NCBI RefSeq assembly: GCF_009914755.1
Contig: NC_060931.1
Length of the DNA: 64,000 nucleotides
Source of the DNA: the human T2T-CHM13v2.0 reference genome, Homo sapiens
Reading direction: 5' to 3' (one strand)
The notes beneath the pieces are model-generated. The model had not been told where the DNA came from. It ran no database searches and was given only the letters and a program-made list of their open reading frames with translations. The position numbers were made by a program, and so were the translations under genes. Of the stretch, positions 40,495 through 57,507 are shown in pieces; position 1 is the stretch's first letter, and every line of letters starts with the position of its first letter.

Positions 40495-43400
40495 AAGACA
40501 CAATTTTAAAAAGTTAGTCCTTATATAAGACTTAGTGCATCCAAAACTGTGGAAGTCATGTAGAATAATACGTTCTTATATTAAAATCTATTATGGCTGC
40601 ACACAGATATTGACAGGAAAAACTGACCATTTGAAGTTGATACTTATATAGTGAAAAGTTAACTCTTAGGAAGAAAAATATGAAAAATTAACAATCAGAA
40701 AGAATATGTACATATTATCAATTTTATTAGTGATAAAATAATTTTGTAAATAGAAATTATAAGAACACCATTTATGCACAAATAAAAAGAAAGTATTTAT
40801 AAAACAAATTATCCCTAACACAAATGAGACTATCTTAGAAATATTATACACAGTATAGCTAAAAGACTAATTCCTATTCTATCTAAAAAAATAAAATAAA
40901 ATGGATGCATTTTTAAAAGCAAGTTTGCTCTGACCTACCTAAAAGTTAGGCTTTGGGTGAATAAGAAGATATAACACCTTTTTTATTTTGTATAGAAAAA
41001 GTCTTTGCTTGTTTGATATAGTAAGATTTATATGATAGTATTTTATAAGAACTAGCCCCATATTAGCAGAAAAAAAGGTGAAAACAGAAAGAAATAAAGC
41101 AATTTCTGTCATGTGGCCAAATGCATGTAGCCAAAACTAAACACTTAAGTATGAATACTTTCAGATTTTATTTTCCCCTGTATTTGCATTGCTTTTAAGT
41201 GTTACTTTTTTTTTTTACAATCTTCTTTTGTATATAAAAGGGCAAACAACTTTGTTCGTGTCTGAGGAATAGTTCCTGGTAAACCCTCTTTCAGCCACCT
41301 GGTTTTGAAATAAATGACTTTCACTCCTTCTGCAATAGTAATCTGTTCTTGATTTTAAAAAGATGTTTAGAAAAAGAAAACAAAATACTTGTTCACCTAC
41401 ATGAGCCTGGAGTAATATGATATAGCAGTTGTGTTGCATTTTTGGGGAACTGAGAAAATCATTTTTCTTCTGCTCACTTTGAAAATAATAAGAGCCCTTT
41501 GCAATGTAATCTCCCTGAGGAAACAACACGGGGACCTCCACAGGCAAACCACTTTTCTAGCCCCTGCCTTTCTAATCTAAATCTTTCCATCAATATCTGA
41601 TATATTCTGTCAACCTTGATGACTGTCTTGGAATGTAATTCCAAATTTACTCTCAGCATTTTATTTGCAAGAGCACAAATATCAGAGTCCTTTGATTTTT
41701 TTAGAGATTGGCTTAATCTTTAACACTAGACTTGGAATGTTGCTATGTGGGGCTCTACATTTGAAAGCAAAACACTTGGCAGGGAATTAACTTTAGCCCT
41801 TAGTGGTTGGAATTGACCCCCTCAGTTTCCAAATCTTTTTCTTTTGTTTCTAACATAGAAACTCATTTAAATGAAAGAGAATATATTTTCTTTTGTACAA
41901 ATTTTGATGGATCATATTCTTTCTCACCAGTCGATTGCAAATGGGAAAGTACATCAGTAAAATCATTACATTTTAGTCACTTATCTTGAATGAGTAGAAA
42001 CTAAGGGAGCTCCAAACAAACAAACCATGCAGAAAACCAAAATAAAGTAAAAACAGTCTGAACAAGTGGTTTTCACACATTCAAACTATAATTGTAAATC
42101 AGATGTCTTTTGGCACAAATTATTAGATTAAAGAAATGTGGGAGATATTAATGTGAGACATAAAATTTACTGTAATCTCTTCTTGTGTCTTGGACTTTGT
42201 CTGCAGTGGCAAAGTTTGGAGAAGCAAGTGAGTATTCATTTTTTCTACTGAGTAAATCATTGTGGAAACTAGTGAGCCTGAATATTCAGATTCCTTTCCC
42301 TCGAATTCTTGTCTCACTTTCATATTTTATTGTCAAAAATATTATATTAACTGACTTCTTTTTCTCCTCAAACATAACTTTGACATGTAAGGATCTTGTT
42401 CCAAAGTAACAAAAGTTAATGACACTGTGTTAGAGTTCAAAAGAAACTTGTCAATTAACCAAACCCCTCTTTTAGAGGTAGGAAAATTGTGAATGAAGGA
42501 AGTCATCACTTCTAGCTGGTAGTAAGGCCAGATATAGACCAGAAGTCTCCTTGATCTCCTACCTGAAAACAGGACTTATACCACATTTGCTTGTGTGGGT
42601 TGGGAAAGTCATTTGATTGTGTTTCATTTTACTGTGTTTCTCAGATACTGCATTTTTTTTCTTTTTTTTTACAAATTGACAAATTGAAGGTTTGTGGCAA
42701 TGCCGCATCAAACAAGTCTACATGTGCCATTCTCCCGACAGCCTGTGCTCACTTCTTGTCTCTGTGTTACACTTCGGTAATTCTTACAATATTTCAAACC
42801 CTTTCATTATTATTCTATTTGTTATGCTGATCCATGATCAGTGATCTTTGATGTTTATATTGTAATTGTTTGGAGGCACCAAGAACCATGTTCATATAGA
42901 ACTGTGAACTTAACCAATAAATGTTGTAAGTGTTCTGACTGCTTCACTGAGCAGCAGTTCCCCTATCTCTCTCCTTCTCCTTGGCCCTCCCTATTCCCTG
43001 AGACACAATAATATTGAAATTACGTCGATTTTTAATCCTGCAATGACCTCTAAGTGTTTAAGAAATAGGAAAGTCATAGTTCTCTCACTTCAAAGCAAAA
43101 GCTAGAAATTATTAAGCTTAGTCAGGAAGGCATGGCAAAAGCTGAGATATGCTGAAAGCGTGGCCACTTGAATCAAACAGTTAGCAAAGTTCTGAATGCA
43201 AAGGAAAAGTTTTCAAAGAAAATTAACAGTGCTACTCCAGTGAACACACGAATGATGAAAAAGCAAAACAGCTTTATTGCTAATATGGAGAAAGTTTGAG
43301 TGGACTAAAGAGAAGATCAAATCAGTCACAACATTCCCTTAAGCAAAAGCCTAATCCAGAGCAAGGCCTTAACTCTCTTTAATTCTGTGAAAGCTAGGAG

Positions 43401-43945
43401 AGGTGAGGAAGCTGTAGAAGAAAAGATTGAAGCTAGGAGAGGGTAGTTCATGAGGTTTAAAGAAAGAAGCCATCTCTATAACATTAAAGTTACAAGGTGA
43501 TGATGTAGAAACTGCAGCAAGTGATCCAGAATATCTAGCTAAGATCACTGATGAAGGTGGCTATACCAGGCAACCGGTTTTCAATGGCAGATGAAAGAGG
43601 CTTCTATTGGAAGAAGATACCATATACAACTTTCATAGCTAAAGAGAAGAATTCCTAACAGGGGATAATGTGGCTGGTGACTTTAAGTTGAAGCCAGCAT
43701 TCATTTACCATTCAGAAAATCCCAGACTCTTGATAATTATGCTAAATCTATTCTGACTGTGCTCTATAAATGCAACAACAAAGCATGGAAGACAACACAA
43801 CATTTTACATCATGGCTTACTGAATACTTTAAGCCCACTGTTGAGCCCTATTACTCAGAAAAAAAAAGATTAATTTCAAAGTGTTTCTGCCCATTGACAA
43901 TGTACCTATTCACCCAAGAGCTCTGATGAAGATGTATAAGGAGAC

Positions 43946-44393
43946 TGTTGACCTAAAAGAAGAAGCCAAGGCACAAAATATAATTTTAGGTAGTTTACTT
44001 GAACCAAGATGAGGCAGCTGCTCGGAAGCCTCGATCCAAGTAACCTTGTGGTATGAGCCCCATTTGGCCTTTGTTACAAGCAGGTTTTTAGAGGCAAAAA
44101 AGACAATGAGCGGGCTGATACAAAGTTATTTTTTAGGAATCCTCATCGGTTTACAGAAATGACAATGATTAGTGATTATCTATACATTGTGAACTAGAGT
44201 GTATGGGCCACAGTGTCCAGCATGTGGCATTCTTAGGTTAATTTACAGCTATTTGTGGTGACAGTCTAGAGTGCATACAGCAAGCAGCTTCAAGCGGGGA
44301 AGCAGATTGTGACTGCTGCCTCATTCCCATTTCTCTCTGGGACTGATAATTCCAAATGGTTGGAATTCCTCAGATAAATTTTTTTCTTTCTTA
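43946..44393 (-). mobile_element. Solo ERV1 (MER4-group-like) LTR inside Tigger1; subfamily uncertain
   Basis: 448-bp interruption of Tigger1 at ..aaggagac|aaattaatg.., starting tgttg and ending ctta (decayed TG..CA). Degenerate 4-bp TSD agac/aaat. Minus strand begins with ..AAAAATTTATCTGAGGAAT..AATTATCAG.CCCAGAGAG, which I recall as a MER4-group LTR start. Confidence 0.7.
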
Positions 44394-44733
44394 AAATTAA
44401 TGTTTTTATGCTTGCTAACACAACATCCACTCTGTAGCCTATGTAATTTCAACTATCAAGCCCTACTATTTAATGAAATACATTTCATAAATTTATAATG
44501 CCATAGATAGTGATTTCTTTGATGGATCCGGGAAAGGTAAATTGAACACCTTCTCCAAAGAATTAATTATTCTAGATGCCATTAAGAATATTCATGTTTC
44601 ATAGAAAGAGGTTGAAATATCAATATTAACAGAAGTTTAAATAAGTTGTTTCCAGCCCTCATAAACGACTTTGAGGGGTTCAAAACTTCAGTGGAGGAAA
44701 TCACTGCAGATATGGTTTTAATAGCAAGAAAAC

Positions 44734-44953
<220 letters not shown>

Positions 44954-46699
44954 CTAGAATTAAAATAGGGGCCTGAAGATATGACTGAATTATTGTGATT
45001 TCTTAATAAAATTTTAACAGACAAGGAGTTGCTTCTTATGAATGAGCAAAGAAAGTGGTTTCTTGACATGCCTGAAATGAATCTACTTCTGGTGAAGGTG
45101 CTATGAACATTGTTCAAATGACAACAAATAATTTAGAATATTACATAAACTTAGTTGATAACGCAGCTGCAGGTTTTGAGAGGTTTCACTCCAAATTCGA
45201 AAGAAGTTCTACTGTGGGCAAACTGCTATCAAACAGCACTGCATGCTCCAGAGGAACTTTTCATGAAAGGAAGAGTAAATCAAAATTGTCAACTGTATTA
45301 TTATCTAATTTTAAGAAATTGCCACAGATACCCCAACCTTTGGCAATCACCACCCTGATCAGTCAGCAGAAATCAACATCAAGGCAAGAAGACCCTCCCT
45401 CAGCAAAAAGATTTTTACTCGCTGAAGGCTCAGATGATTGTTAGCATTTTTTAGCAATAAAATATTTTAAAATTATGCCAGGTACCTTGCTTTATGGAAG
45501 TAATGCTATTGCACACATAATAGACTATAGGATACTGTAAATAGAACTTTTATGTGCACAGGAAACCAACAAATACATGTGACTTGCTTCATTGCAATGT
45601 TTGCTTTATTTTCAGTGATCTGCAACTGAACCAATGATATCTCCGAGTTCTGCCTGTGTTGCATTTTCTTCATACGAATGAATTTTTAAAGTTATACATT
45701 CGATTTAGGAAATAAAAATGTTTCCTAAACAGAGAATCTAAAACAAATACCCAAACTAAATAGAAACAAGTCTTCAAGAACAACATAAATTAAAAACTAG
45801 CTATGTAAAGTATTCATATAAAAGACAAAATTATCACATATATTTAAGAAAAGTAAATTTTGAAATTATAAAATAAATATTTGTCAATATATTTAATTTC
45901 CAGCATTCATTATGAATCTATGAAATATGCAAACAAGGACAATATGATTAATTTCAATATGATTGTTGATTAGCTCAGCAGCAACTGATAAGTGGCCATA
46001 AGGTGCAAGAAATTATCTTTAATAACACAAAATTGCCATCTGAATGCTTTTAAGGCCTCATAAACCCTGATAGAGTGTAAGAAATAGCCCACAAATTATT
46101 GAGTTTGCTATCAACTAAATTCTGAATAACTCATCAACTTTTAAGGTTATGACTAGAGGGTATCGATTAACTGTCTTACCCACTGAAGCAGTTGTTATAA
46201 CTTTAGCAATATTTTAATCTCTCTGTAATGAATCATGAAATCTATATTTTAAAAAAGTATTTGAATGACATTCAGTGGTATTTGCATCATGAAATTAAAC
46301 ATTCATTACCACCACCATAAAGCAAAAATAAAATTTACCACCAGGACAAACAGCCTGTATGAAAACGGAGAAAATTAATTGCCTGAGGACATTATGTAGA
46401 AAGCAGAAATGTCAAAGTGTGATAGGTGGCAGAGAGAGAAATGTAAACTGGATGTTTTAGCAGTTCATCCCGTAAGAATAGCTTACATGTTAAATTATAC
46501 TTTGCTTACAGAAAGGTATAATTTACAAAAACTATGAATATAATTTTCATTTTTTGAATGAAATAAGAAATAATTATAAACTCTAAAAAAAATTGATCCT
46601 GTTATGTATGAGATAATATCTGTCTAGAACTTTTCTAAAAATGGGAGCTTAAGGATTCTTATTAGGAGGATGAAAAATAAATTAGACTTATCATTAACT

Positions 46700-47145
46700 G
46701 TTAACAGTTTGTTGAGATATAATACACTACACATATTTAAAGTGCACAGTTTAACCAGTTGTGACAAATGTATGCATCCATGCATCACTAAAATCAAGAT
46801 AGTTTAATGTATCTATCACCCTTGAGAGTTATCTAATGCCTTTTTAAAATTCCTTCCTTCTCTCTTTTCACCCCCTTTACCCCTGTACCGCTTCTTTCCC
46901 TTCCACCCCTCCCTGAGTTCAAAGTACCACTGAAAACAAGCTAATTACCCATCCACAGGGGAATGGATAAAAAACGGTGGTATGTCCATACAATAGAATG
47001 CCATTCAACAATGGAAATGAAGAACTGATATGCACAAAATGGATTAAACTAAAAAAAAAAGCTAAGTGAAGTCAGACAAATATAGTGCATGTTCTATGAT
47101 TCCATTTATATAAAATCTTATGAAATGCAAAGTAACCTATAGCGA
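46700..47145. mobile_element. Old L1M 3' fragments (minus ~46700-46930, plus ~46940-47145)
   Basis: gttgagatataat..aaagtgcacagtt..gacaaatgtatgc (minus); gaatggataaaaaacggtggtatgtccatacaatagaat..tatgattccatttatataaaat (plus). Confidence 0.6.
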
Positions 47146-47866
47146 CTTATTGTTTTTGAAACTACCAGATGTATATTACCATTACCATTTATACTGAAAC
47201 TATTCCAGAAAATTGGGAAGGAAGGACTCCTACCCAATTCATTCTATGAGGCCATCATCATTCTGACACCATACCTAGCAGGGACACAACAAAAAAAGAA
47301 AACTTCAAGCCAGTGTCCATGATGAATATCAATGCAAACATCCTCAACAAAATACTAGAAAACCAAATCCAGCAGCACATCAAAAAGCCTATCCACCATG
47401 ATCAAATAGTATTTATCCCAGGATGCAAGGTTAGTTCAACATTCATAAATAAATAAACATGATTAATCACATAAACAGAACTACAAACTAACCACATGAT
47501 TATCTCAATAGATGCAGAAATGGCCTTCAAAAAAATTCAACATCCTTTCATGTTAAAAACTCAATAAACTAGGTATTGAAGGAACATGCCTTAAAATAAT
47601 AAGAGCCATACATGGCAAACCCACAGCCAATATCATACTGAATGGGCAAAAGCTGGGAACATTCACCTTGAAAACTGGCAAAAGACAGGGATGCCCTCTT
47701 TCACCACTCCTATTCAGCATAGTATTGGAAGTCCTGGACAGGGAAATCAGGCAAGAGAAAGAAATAAAGGGCTTCTAAACAGGAAGAGAGGAAGTCAAAC
47801 CATCTTTGTTTGCAAATAACATGATCCTATATCTAGAAAACCCTATCATCTCAGCCCAAAAGCTTC

Positions 47867-50275
<2,409 letters not shown>

Positions 50276-53200
50276 GCTGATAAGAAACTTCAGCAAATCT
50301 TAGGATGCAAAATCAATGTGCAAAAATTTCTAGCATTTCTATACACCTACAGTAGGCAAGCAGAGAGCCAAATCATGAAAGAACTCCCATTCACAATTGC
50401 TTAAAAAAAAGAAGAAAATACCTAGAAATATAATTTACAAGAGAAGTGAAGGACCTCTTGAAAGAGAACTATAAACCACTGCTCAAAAAATCAGAGAGGA
50501 CACAGGCAAATGGAAAATTATTCCATGCTCATGAATAAGAAGAATCAACATCATGAAAATGGCCATACTGCCCAAAGTAATTTATAGATTTGAAGCTATT
50601 CCCATTAAACTACCATCGACATTCTTCACAGAATTAGAAAAAACTATCTTAGAATTCATATGGAACCAAAAAAAGAGCCTGAATAGCCAATACAATCCTA
50701 AGTGTAAAGAACAAAGCTGGAGGCACCACACCACCTGACTTCAAACTATACTTCAAGACTACAATAACCAAAAGAGCATGATACCAGTATTAAAACAGAC
50801 CCATAGGCCAATGAAATAGAATAGAAACTTTGGAAATAAGGCCACACACTTAAAACCATCTGATCTTTGACAACACGTAGACCAATGGAACAGAATAGAG
50901 AATTCGGAAATAAGACCACACACCTACAACCATGAGATCTTTGACAAACCTGACAGTGATAAGCAATAGGGAAAGGACTCCTATTTAATAAATGGTGCTG
51001 GGAAAGCTGGCTAGCCATATGCAGAAAATTGTATCTGGACCCCCTCCTTACACCTTATACAAAAATTAACTCGAGATGGATTAAAGACTTAAATGTAAAA
51101 CCCAAAACCATAAAAACCCAGGAGAAAATCTAGGCAATAACATCTGACATAGGCAGAGGCAAAGATTTCATGAGAGAGATGCCAAAAGCAATTGCAACAA
51201 AAGCAAAAATTGACAAATGGGATCTAATTAAACTAAAGAGCTTCTGTATAGCAAAAGAAACTATCATCAGAGTGAACAGACAACCTACAAAATGGGAGAA
51301 CATTTTTGCAATCTATCCATCCAAAAAAGGGTAATATCCAGCATCTACAAGGAACTTAAACAAAATAACAGGAAAAAAACCCTATTAAAAAATGGGCAAA
51401 GGACATGAATAGACACTTCTCAAAATAAGACATATGTACGATCAACAAACATATGAAAAAAAGCTCAACATCACTGATCATTATAAAAATGCAGATCAAA
51501 TCTACAATGAGAGAGCATCTCACGCCAATCAGAATGGCTATTAGTAAAAAGTCAAAAAACAACAGATGCTGGCAAGTTTGCAGAGAAATAGGAATGCTTT
51601 TACACTGTTGGTGGGAGTGTAAATTAGTTCAACCATTATGGGAGACTGTGGTGATTCCTCAAAGAGCTAGTGGCAGAAATACTATTTGACCCAGCAATCT
51701 TAATACCTAGGTGATGGGATGATTTGTGCAGCAAACCACTGTGTCACACATTTACCTATGTAACAATCCTGCACATCCTGCAGAGATAGCCCTGAACTTA
51801 AAATAAAAGCTGAAGAAAAAAAATTATCTTTATATCTTTCAACTACTAACACCTAAAACAAAACAAAACGGAACAGAACAAAAAGGCCTCAGTGCCTGAC
51901 TGCAGCAGTTTTAAAAGTTTTTCCAGGGACAATATGCGTTGCCACAAAAATCTGACAGGAAGAAAATAAAAAGCAGATGCAAAATATGTGAAAATAAAAG
52001 TGACACTACCAGCTCTGCCTTTGTTGATGGCTTCCTTTTGCAAATTGTCTTCCACTAAGTAATGTAGTCTGCATAAAAATCCTTTCATTTTTCTTCCTCT
52101 TTTCTTCCATTGGCTGTTTGATTATAATATTTTGTATATACTATAAGAGTTTTCATATTATCTACTTTTTTGTAACTGCTACATGAAAATAAAAAGAGAA
52201 GCACTTTTGAAATTTTAATTATGAGAAAACCAGGAATCTTAGATCTTGATTCAATCTATGTCACTCGGTTACTCATTAGAATTTATATTTTTCTCTTAAC
52301 AGCACGCTTAGATTCTTGATTTTTCCTTTTCTTGTTATAATAGTATATGCACAGGTTAGTGGATTTAGATTTAGTTTCGTTATATAGAGTTAAAGATATC
52401 TTTAGTTAAAGATAGTTGACATTTTTGTACACTTTAGTTTTGAATACTGAAGAAATACCTCATTTCTATGTGAATAAATTATTCTTCAATTGAGTAGCAA
52501 ATTGGATGCTTAGACATTACTAAAAGTTATTTAAATAATGACACCTTATTAGTATGTTTCCACATACAGATCTGGCCATTAAATATTGATGAGTAGAACA
52601 CTGACCTTAGAATGTCCAAGTTTTCATGAAAATATTCACTAAATGAACAATAGGATTAGCAAACAAACGGATTATTAAACCTTTGCAAATAGATTATTAA
52701 ATCTTTGCAAATACATATTTTTATTGCAATACTAGCTTGATCAACTAATGATATGATTTAAGGCATATAGGTTAAAATGGGGATAGTTTATGGAAATGCT
52801 ACTCACACATATGGAGTCATATGTAATTTTTAAAGCTTTTAACTATTAAACAGGCAAAATAATTGGTGTGAATCTAGACATTCTTTTAGTTAGAAATGTT
52901 ATAAATTGATACCTTTCATTTTACTATTTATAGTAAATGCATAAAGCCCAAAGTAATTTCTAATCACCTTGCATGTTCATGCTCACTATTTATGTTTACA
53001 ATAATATTAATAGCGTTTGTAAGACTACATATTTTCTTCTAATGAAAGCATTATAGAATCAATTAGATCACATTGCAATTAGTGAAAAACACTATAAGCT
53101 AGTGTGTTTTATACTAAATAAAAAATAATGTGACCTTGAGGTTACCTGTCACTACTCAAGGAATATTTTCACTGTAAATGCAATAAAAGTTAATACATGT

Positions 53201-54154
53201 AATTACAGAGTGATTAAACATTATTTATTGTTCATCTTTGAGTAGATTTATCTGTTATAAATTGATAAAATTTTAAATAACTGCTTTTTTATAAAGTAGT
53301 AAGAATACAATAGAAAATATATAAAGCTTTCTATCAATAACAAAAACAAGTACAGAAAAACAAAAAACCTAGTCCATGTGTACTCCAGCCAAAGGCAGAA
53401 ATCCAAAAGACACAGTAGCAAAAGGTCATGTCAGGATGCTAGCTCACCATCTGTAGCAGAAAGCAGAGCCTGTTTTCAGTAAGGAAAATGTATGTTTAAT
53501 GCAAAGAACATTATTTCTAACAAGTAACTTATCGGGAATATGGAGCCATAAGGAGTTTAGAAGTAAAAAAGTCAGCAATAAAGGGCACTGGTGTCCCTAA
53601 AAGGCCATGATTAAGTGTCTGGCTGAGGCTTCTGCTTGCACAGGATTTTTTCTTCCCTCTCTTAGTTTGCAGCACAAAGACTGGCCCCACTGGAAGAAAA
53701 ACTTGTTATCCATATAGTGTATCACTCAGTTGGGTACAGATAACTACATCTCTTCCTTGTGGGAAGAAATCCTTTTTATTAGGCTTTGTGGGCCCATTCT
53801 TTACTTACATTGTTTGGGTGCCAGTTATGGGAGGCCAGGCTTTCCCTTTCCCACTGGAGTCAGCATTCTTCAGGGCAATCCTCAAAACTCCTGCAAGACT
53901 CCATTCCCAAACCAGACTCTTCTACTCTAACCTGCCAATTTTTTAAAAATTATTACAGTACAGCACATTCAAATCTAATGTCATGTTTTTATATTGCTGT
54001 TAAAATCTGAAAAAGACAAAATAACCCAAAACAAAACTTAGGAAATATGAACAAATTAACAGCATAATAGAAATATAAGGCTTTTACTATACTAAGTATT
54101 TACTTGAATTGTTTCTATAATCAATATATTGGCCTGATGTGTTAGTTACACTTA

Positions 54155-54285
54155 CACATTCATTTAACAGATGACAAAACAGATCAAATTGCTGAGTGCC
54201 CCACACCCATGAGAAACCGAAGCTCTGATTTAAACTCAGGCTGACTCCAGAACGATACTCCTAACCACAAGGATGTACTGCCTTT
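54155..54285 (-). mobile_element. MIR relic
   Basis: catttaacagatgacaaaacagatc..gatttaaactcaggctgactccaga; approximate. Confidence 0.55.
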
Positions 54286-54382
54286 TCATTTTTAATAACT
54301 AGTTTCAAAACTCAGATGTTCCTAGATATTATTCCTACTGGCATCTTTCTATTTTTGTCACTTCCTCAGAATTTATGACATT

Positions 54383-54590
54383 TTATATACATATACACAC
54401 ATACATATACATATAAACATCCATATATGTGTGTGTGTATATATAATATATGTATACATTATATATGTAGTATATTATATAATATATGTATAATATATAG
54501 GTATATGTGTATATTATACAATATGTGTGTATATGTTATATATACACATATATAGATATAAATACATCTATAATATACATATATATATTT
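54383..54590. repeat. TA/CA/TG-rich low-complexity microsatellite
   Basis: Visible directly. Confidence 0.9.
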
Positions 54591-54599
54591 AAAAATGTA

Positions 54600-54790
54600 T
54601 TTGTTCACCTTTGTGTGGTGCTCAGAACTGTGCCTTGTGCTTTTCATGTTTGAACTTATTTAATCATTAGAACCATTCTGTGAGAGTGATATTGTTATCC
54701 TCATTTTATAGAGGTTAAGTGATGCACTGAAGATCATTGAGTTTGCATATGGTTGAGCTTGGATTAAAAGACTTTTGTCCCAATCTCTGT
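54600..54790 (-). mobile_element. MIR relic
   Basis: ttatttaatcattagaaccattctgtgagagtgatattgttatcctcattttatagagg. Confidence 0.7.
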
Positions 54791-55963
54791 ACAACCCAAA
54801 TGCTCTTTACTCTTAATTAGATGTAACATGCTTCCTTCGTTTCTCAAGTTTTATCTCTATTAGTTAACTATACATTATTTAATATAGGGACAATACCTTC
54901 CAAGTCATATACAATTCCTATAGCCCCTAACACAGTAAGAGTTTAATACATAGTTGGTGAATTTATTTCCACCCTTAGGATTCCTGTCCTGGTTTGTAGA
55001 ATCTCCAGCTGAGATCATAAATCTCCTCTTAAATTTACTACAAATACTTAGACTCCTGAAAAATGTCTCATGACGACAAACTTCTTACCAAGGAGCACTG
55101 ATGATTTTGATCAGACCCAGAGAATGTCAAGGTGAAGATTGATACAACAAAATATTGATGCCCATAGATGTAAATATTGTTGACCTTCCTATACTTTCAA
55201 GTTTCTACCAATAAATTTCAAATCATGAACAATCTTAGAAGAAATATGTCCCCCACTCCCACACAAATAGCCTTTGGCTAAAAAATTATCTAGGACTGAG
55301 GAAATCATTTATGGTTTCTTTCTTCTGTCCACCGCCAACATATGATTTTTAAATTGTACTTTACAGCACCGCAACCCTGATTCTTTCCTCCATTCATTTT
55401 CTTTTTTACCCTTTGGTCACAAGGGAAATCTGGATTCTTTTGCCCACCTGAGGCATCTGTTTTCTCTTTCTATCTCCATGTTTTCATCATACTTCTCATG
55501 TATGTTTTACTTCCCCTTTTTTCTTTCACTTGGCATTCCTCCCTACATGGGCATTCCAGTGTGAAACCATAGTGATATTCAGGCATGCAACTAATGAAGA
55601 GGCAGATTCTTATCTGAGCTTTTGCTGACACTCTTAGGGAAAGCTTCATCGTATTTATTTAGATTTTTTAAGATATAGTTGTTTCTTATCAATGAAAGTT
55701 ATTTTTTTCATTTTATATTACAGAAGAGACATTTTCTACTAAAAAGAGTGTAAATGTTCCCTGCCATCACTGCAGTTTCACAGAATAGAGATTTGCTGAT
55801 AAATATAACCACTAATGAGGACACAGATTCCAACCCAGAGTAGTAACAGAGCATGTAAGCTGACAAATTCCAGAATTAGGATTTTTTATAGCATAATGGA
55901 CAGAAGCAAAAGATTCTATAGAAATCAATTTTTAAAATCACTTACTTGTGCTTTGACCAATTC

Positions 55964-56111
55964 GAAGTGAACTCAGGACATACAAAATGGAATAACAGAC
56001 ACTGGAGACTCCAAAAGTGTCAGCATTGGAAGGAGAGTGAGGGATGAAATATTACCTATTAGATATATTGTACACTACTTGGTTGATTGGTCCACCAAAA
56101 GCCGAGACTTC
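55964..56111 (+). mobile_element. L1PB/L1MA1-type 3' UTR fragment without tail
   Basis: gacactggagactcc..gtgagggatgaaatattacctatt..tgtacactacttggttga..aaaagccgagacttc. Confidence 0.7.
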
Positions 56112-57219
56112 CAAGAAGCAGAAAGTCCAAGAAAGAAGTGCTGGGAAAATAATCAAAAGGAGCATGTAGTGGAATAATATGAAAAGGATCATAACTACTA
56201 CCTAAGCTACTGGTCAGAAATAGTGACCAGCTGTAATAAAAGAGAAAATGGGAGATAGTAATAATATACTCTCTAAAGTTTGTATGACTTCCTCTTTATT
56301 AATACATGGAGTAAAATCTGTATCATTCTCATTACCAAATGTAGGTTTATTATTTCTCAGGAATACTTTGGTCACCTTCTTAAGCCCCAGAATTAAAAAT
56401 CTCATCAAGTGTCATTCATTTCTTATATATCTAAGAGTCAAATTCAAGCCTATTAATTTAGACCCATTATAAAATTGTAACTTAATGAGGCTTATTCTGC
56501 TTAGGTATGTACCTGTGTTCCAGAGCAGCATGACTATTTCCTTTCTCTAAATACACACAGTACTTTAAATGCCTAACATACGATTTTGTACCCTTTATGT
56601 TGTCCTTTGTATCTTATGAATTAATCCTATCCTTGCAGGTGGTCTGTGAGTTTCTTGAAAATAGGGATTGTGTATTATTATCATGCACAGTAAAATGGCA
56701 CAGTAACTCATCCAAGCATTCATATCATAACTAAATCCCTACCCTAAACCAGGCTCTTTCAAGAGCACCATAGAAATGTGAAGACAATTTTAAAAATAAT
56801 TTTAGGTGTGAATTCTTTTATCTTTTGATTTGATGTTTTCCTTTCATGTTAGACATCCCTCCTATATCAGAGAAAGGTGTAGCTTCCTCCTTTCTAAAAC
56901 CAGTTTTTAGAACTGGCTAAGTTCAGTGCTGAATTTATTATAGCTACAACTAGTGATCTATGGACTAGCAAAACTCTAAATGCATTTTTTAAAGCTTAGG
57001 GGGATAAAGGAAAGAGGAGGTCTCTATTGGGGATGATTCTGTCTTCTCTAGGAGATGGCTTGAAACAGAAAACTTTTATCTATGGCATCCCAAGAATATG
57101 AATGTTATTTCTAAATATGTTGTTAAATAGACTTTGATTTTGATTACATGGTTTGAAGAAAGAAAAAAATTCTACATCTACATTTTAAAGATTCCAGAGA
57201 TCCATGTATATGTCTTGAG

Positions 57220-57365
57220 TTTTAGAGACACAAAAATTCTATTCCTTAGACCAACCTCATTTTCCAGATGAGGAAATAGACCCTCCTGAATTAATTGCTC
57301 TGCCATTGGTCTCAAAGACAGGAGTCAGGACTTGAATTCTCATTCCAGATCTGCTATTTATCATC
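57220..57365 (-). mobile_element. MIR relic
   Basis: cctcattttccagatgaggaaatagaccc..caggacttgaattc. Confidence 0.6.
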
Positions 57366-57507
57366 TTGCATAAACGTTTGACAAGCCAAAGAACTTTTCC
57401 TGGATTAATTTTCTTAAAAGATTGTGGAGATTGCTTCCAATTACCTACCTGTGTGATTATTCTAACTTTCTATTTTACTTTTTTACAATGGGCCCACAAC
57501 TTCTATT

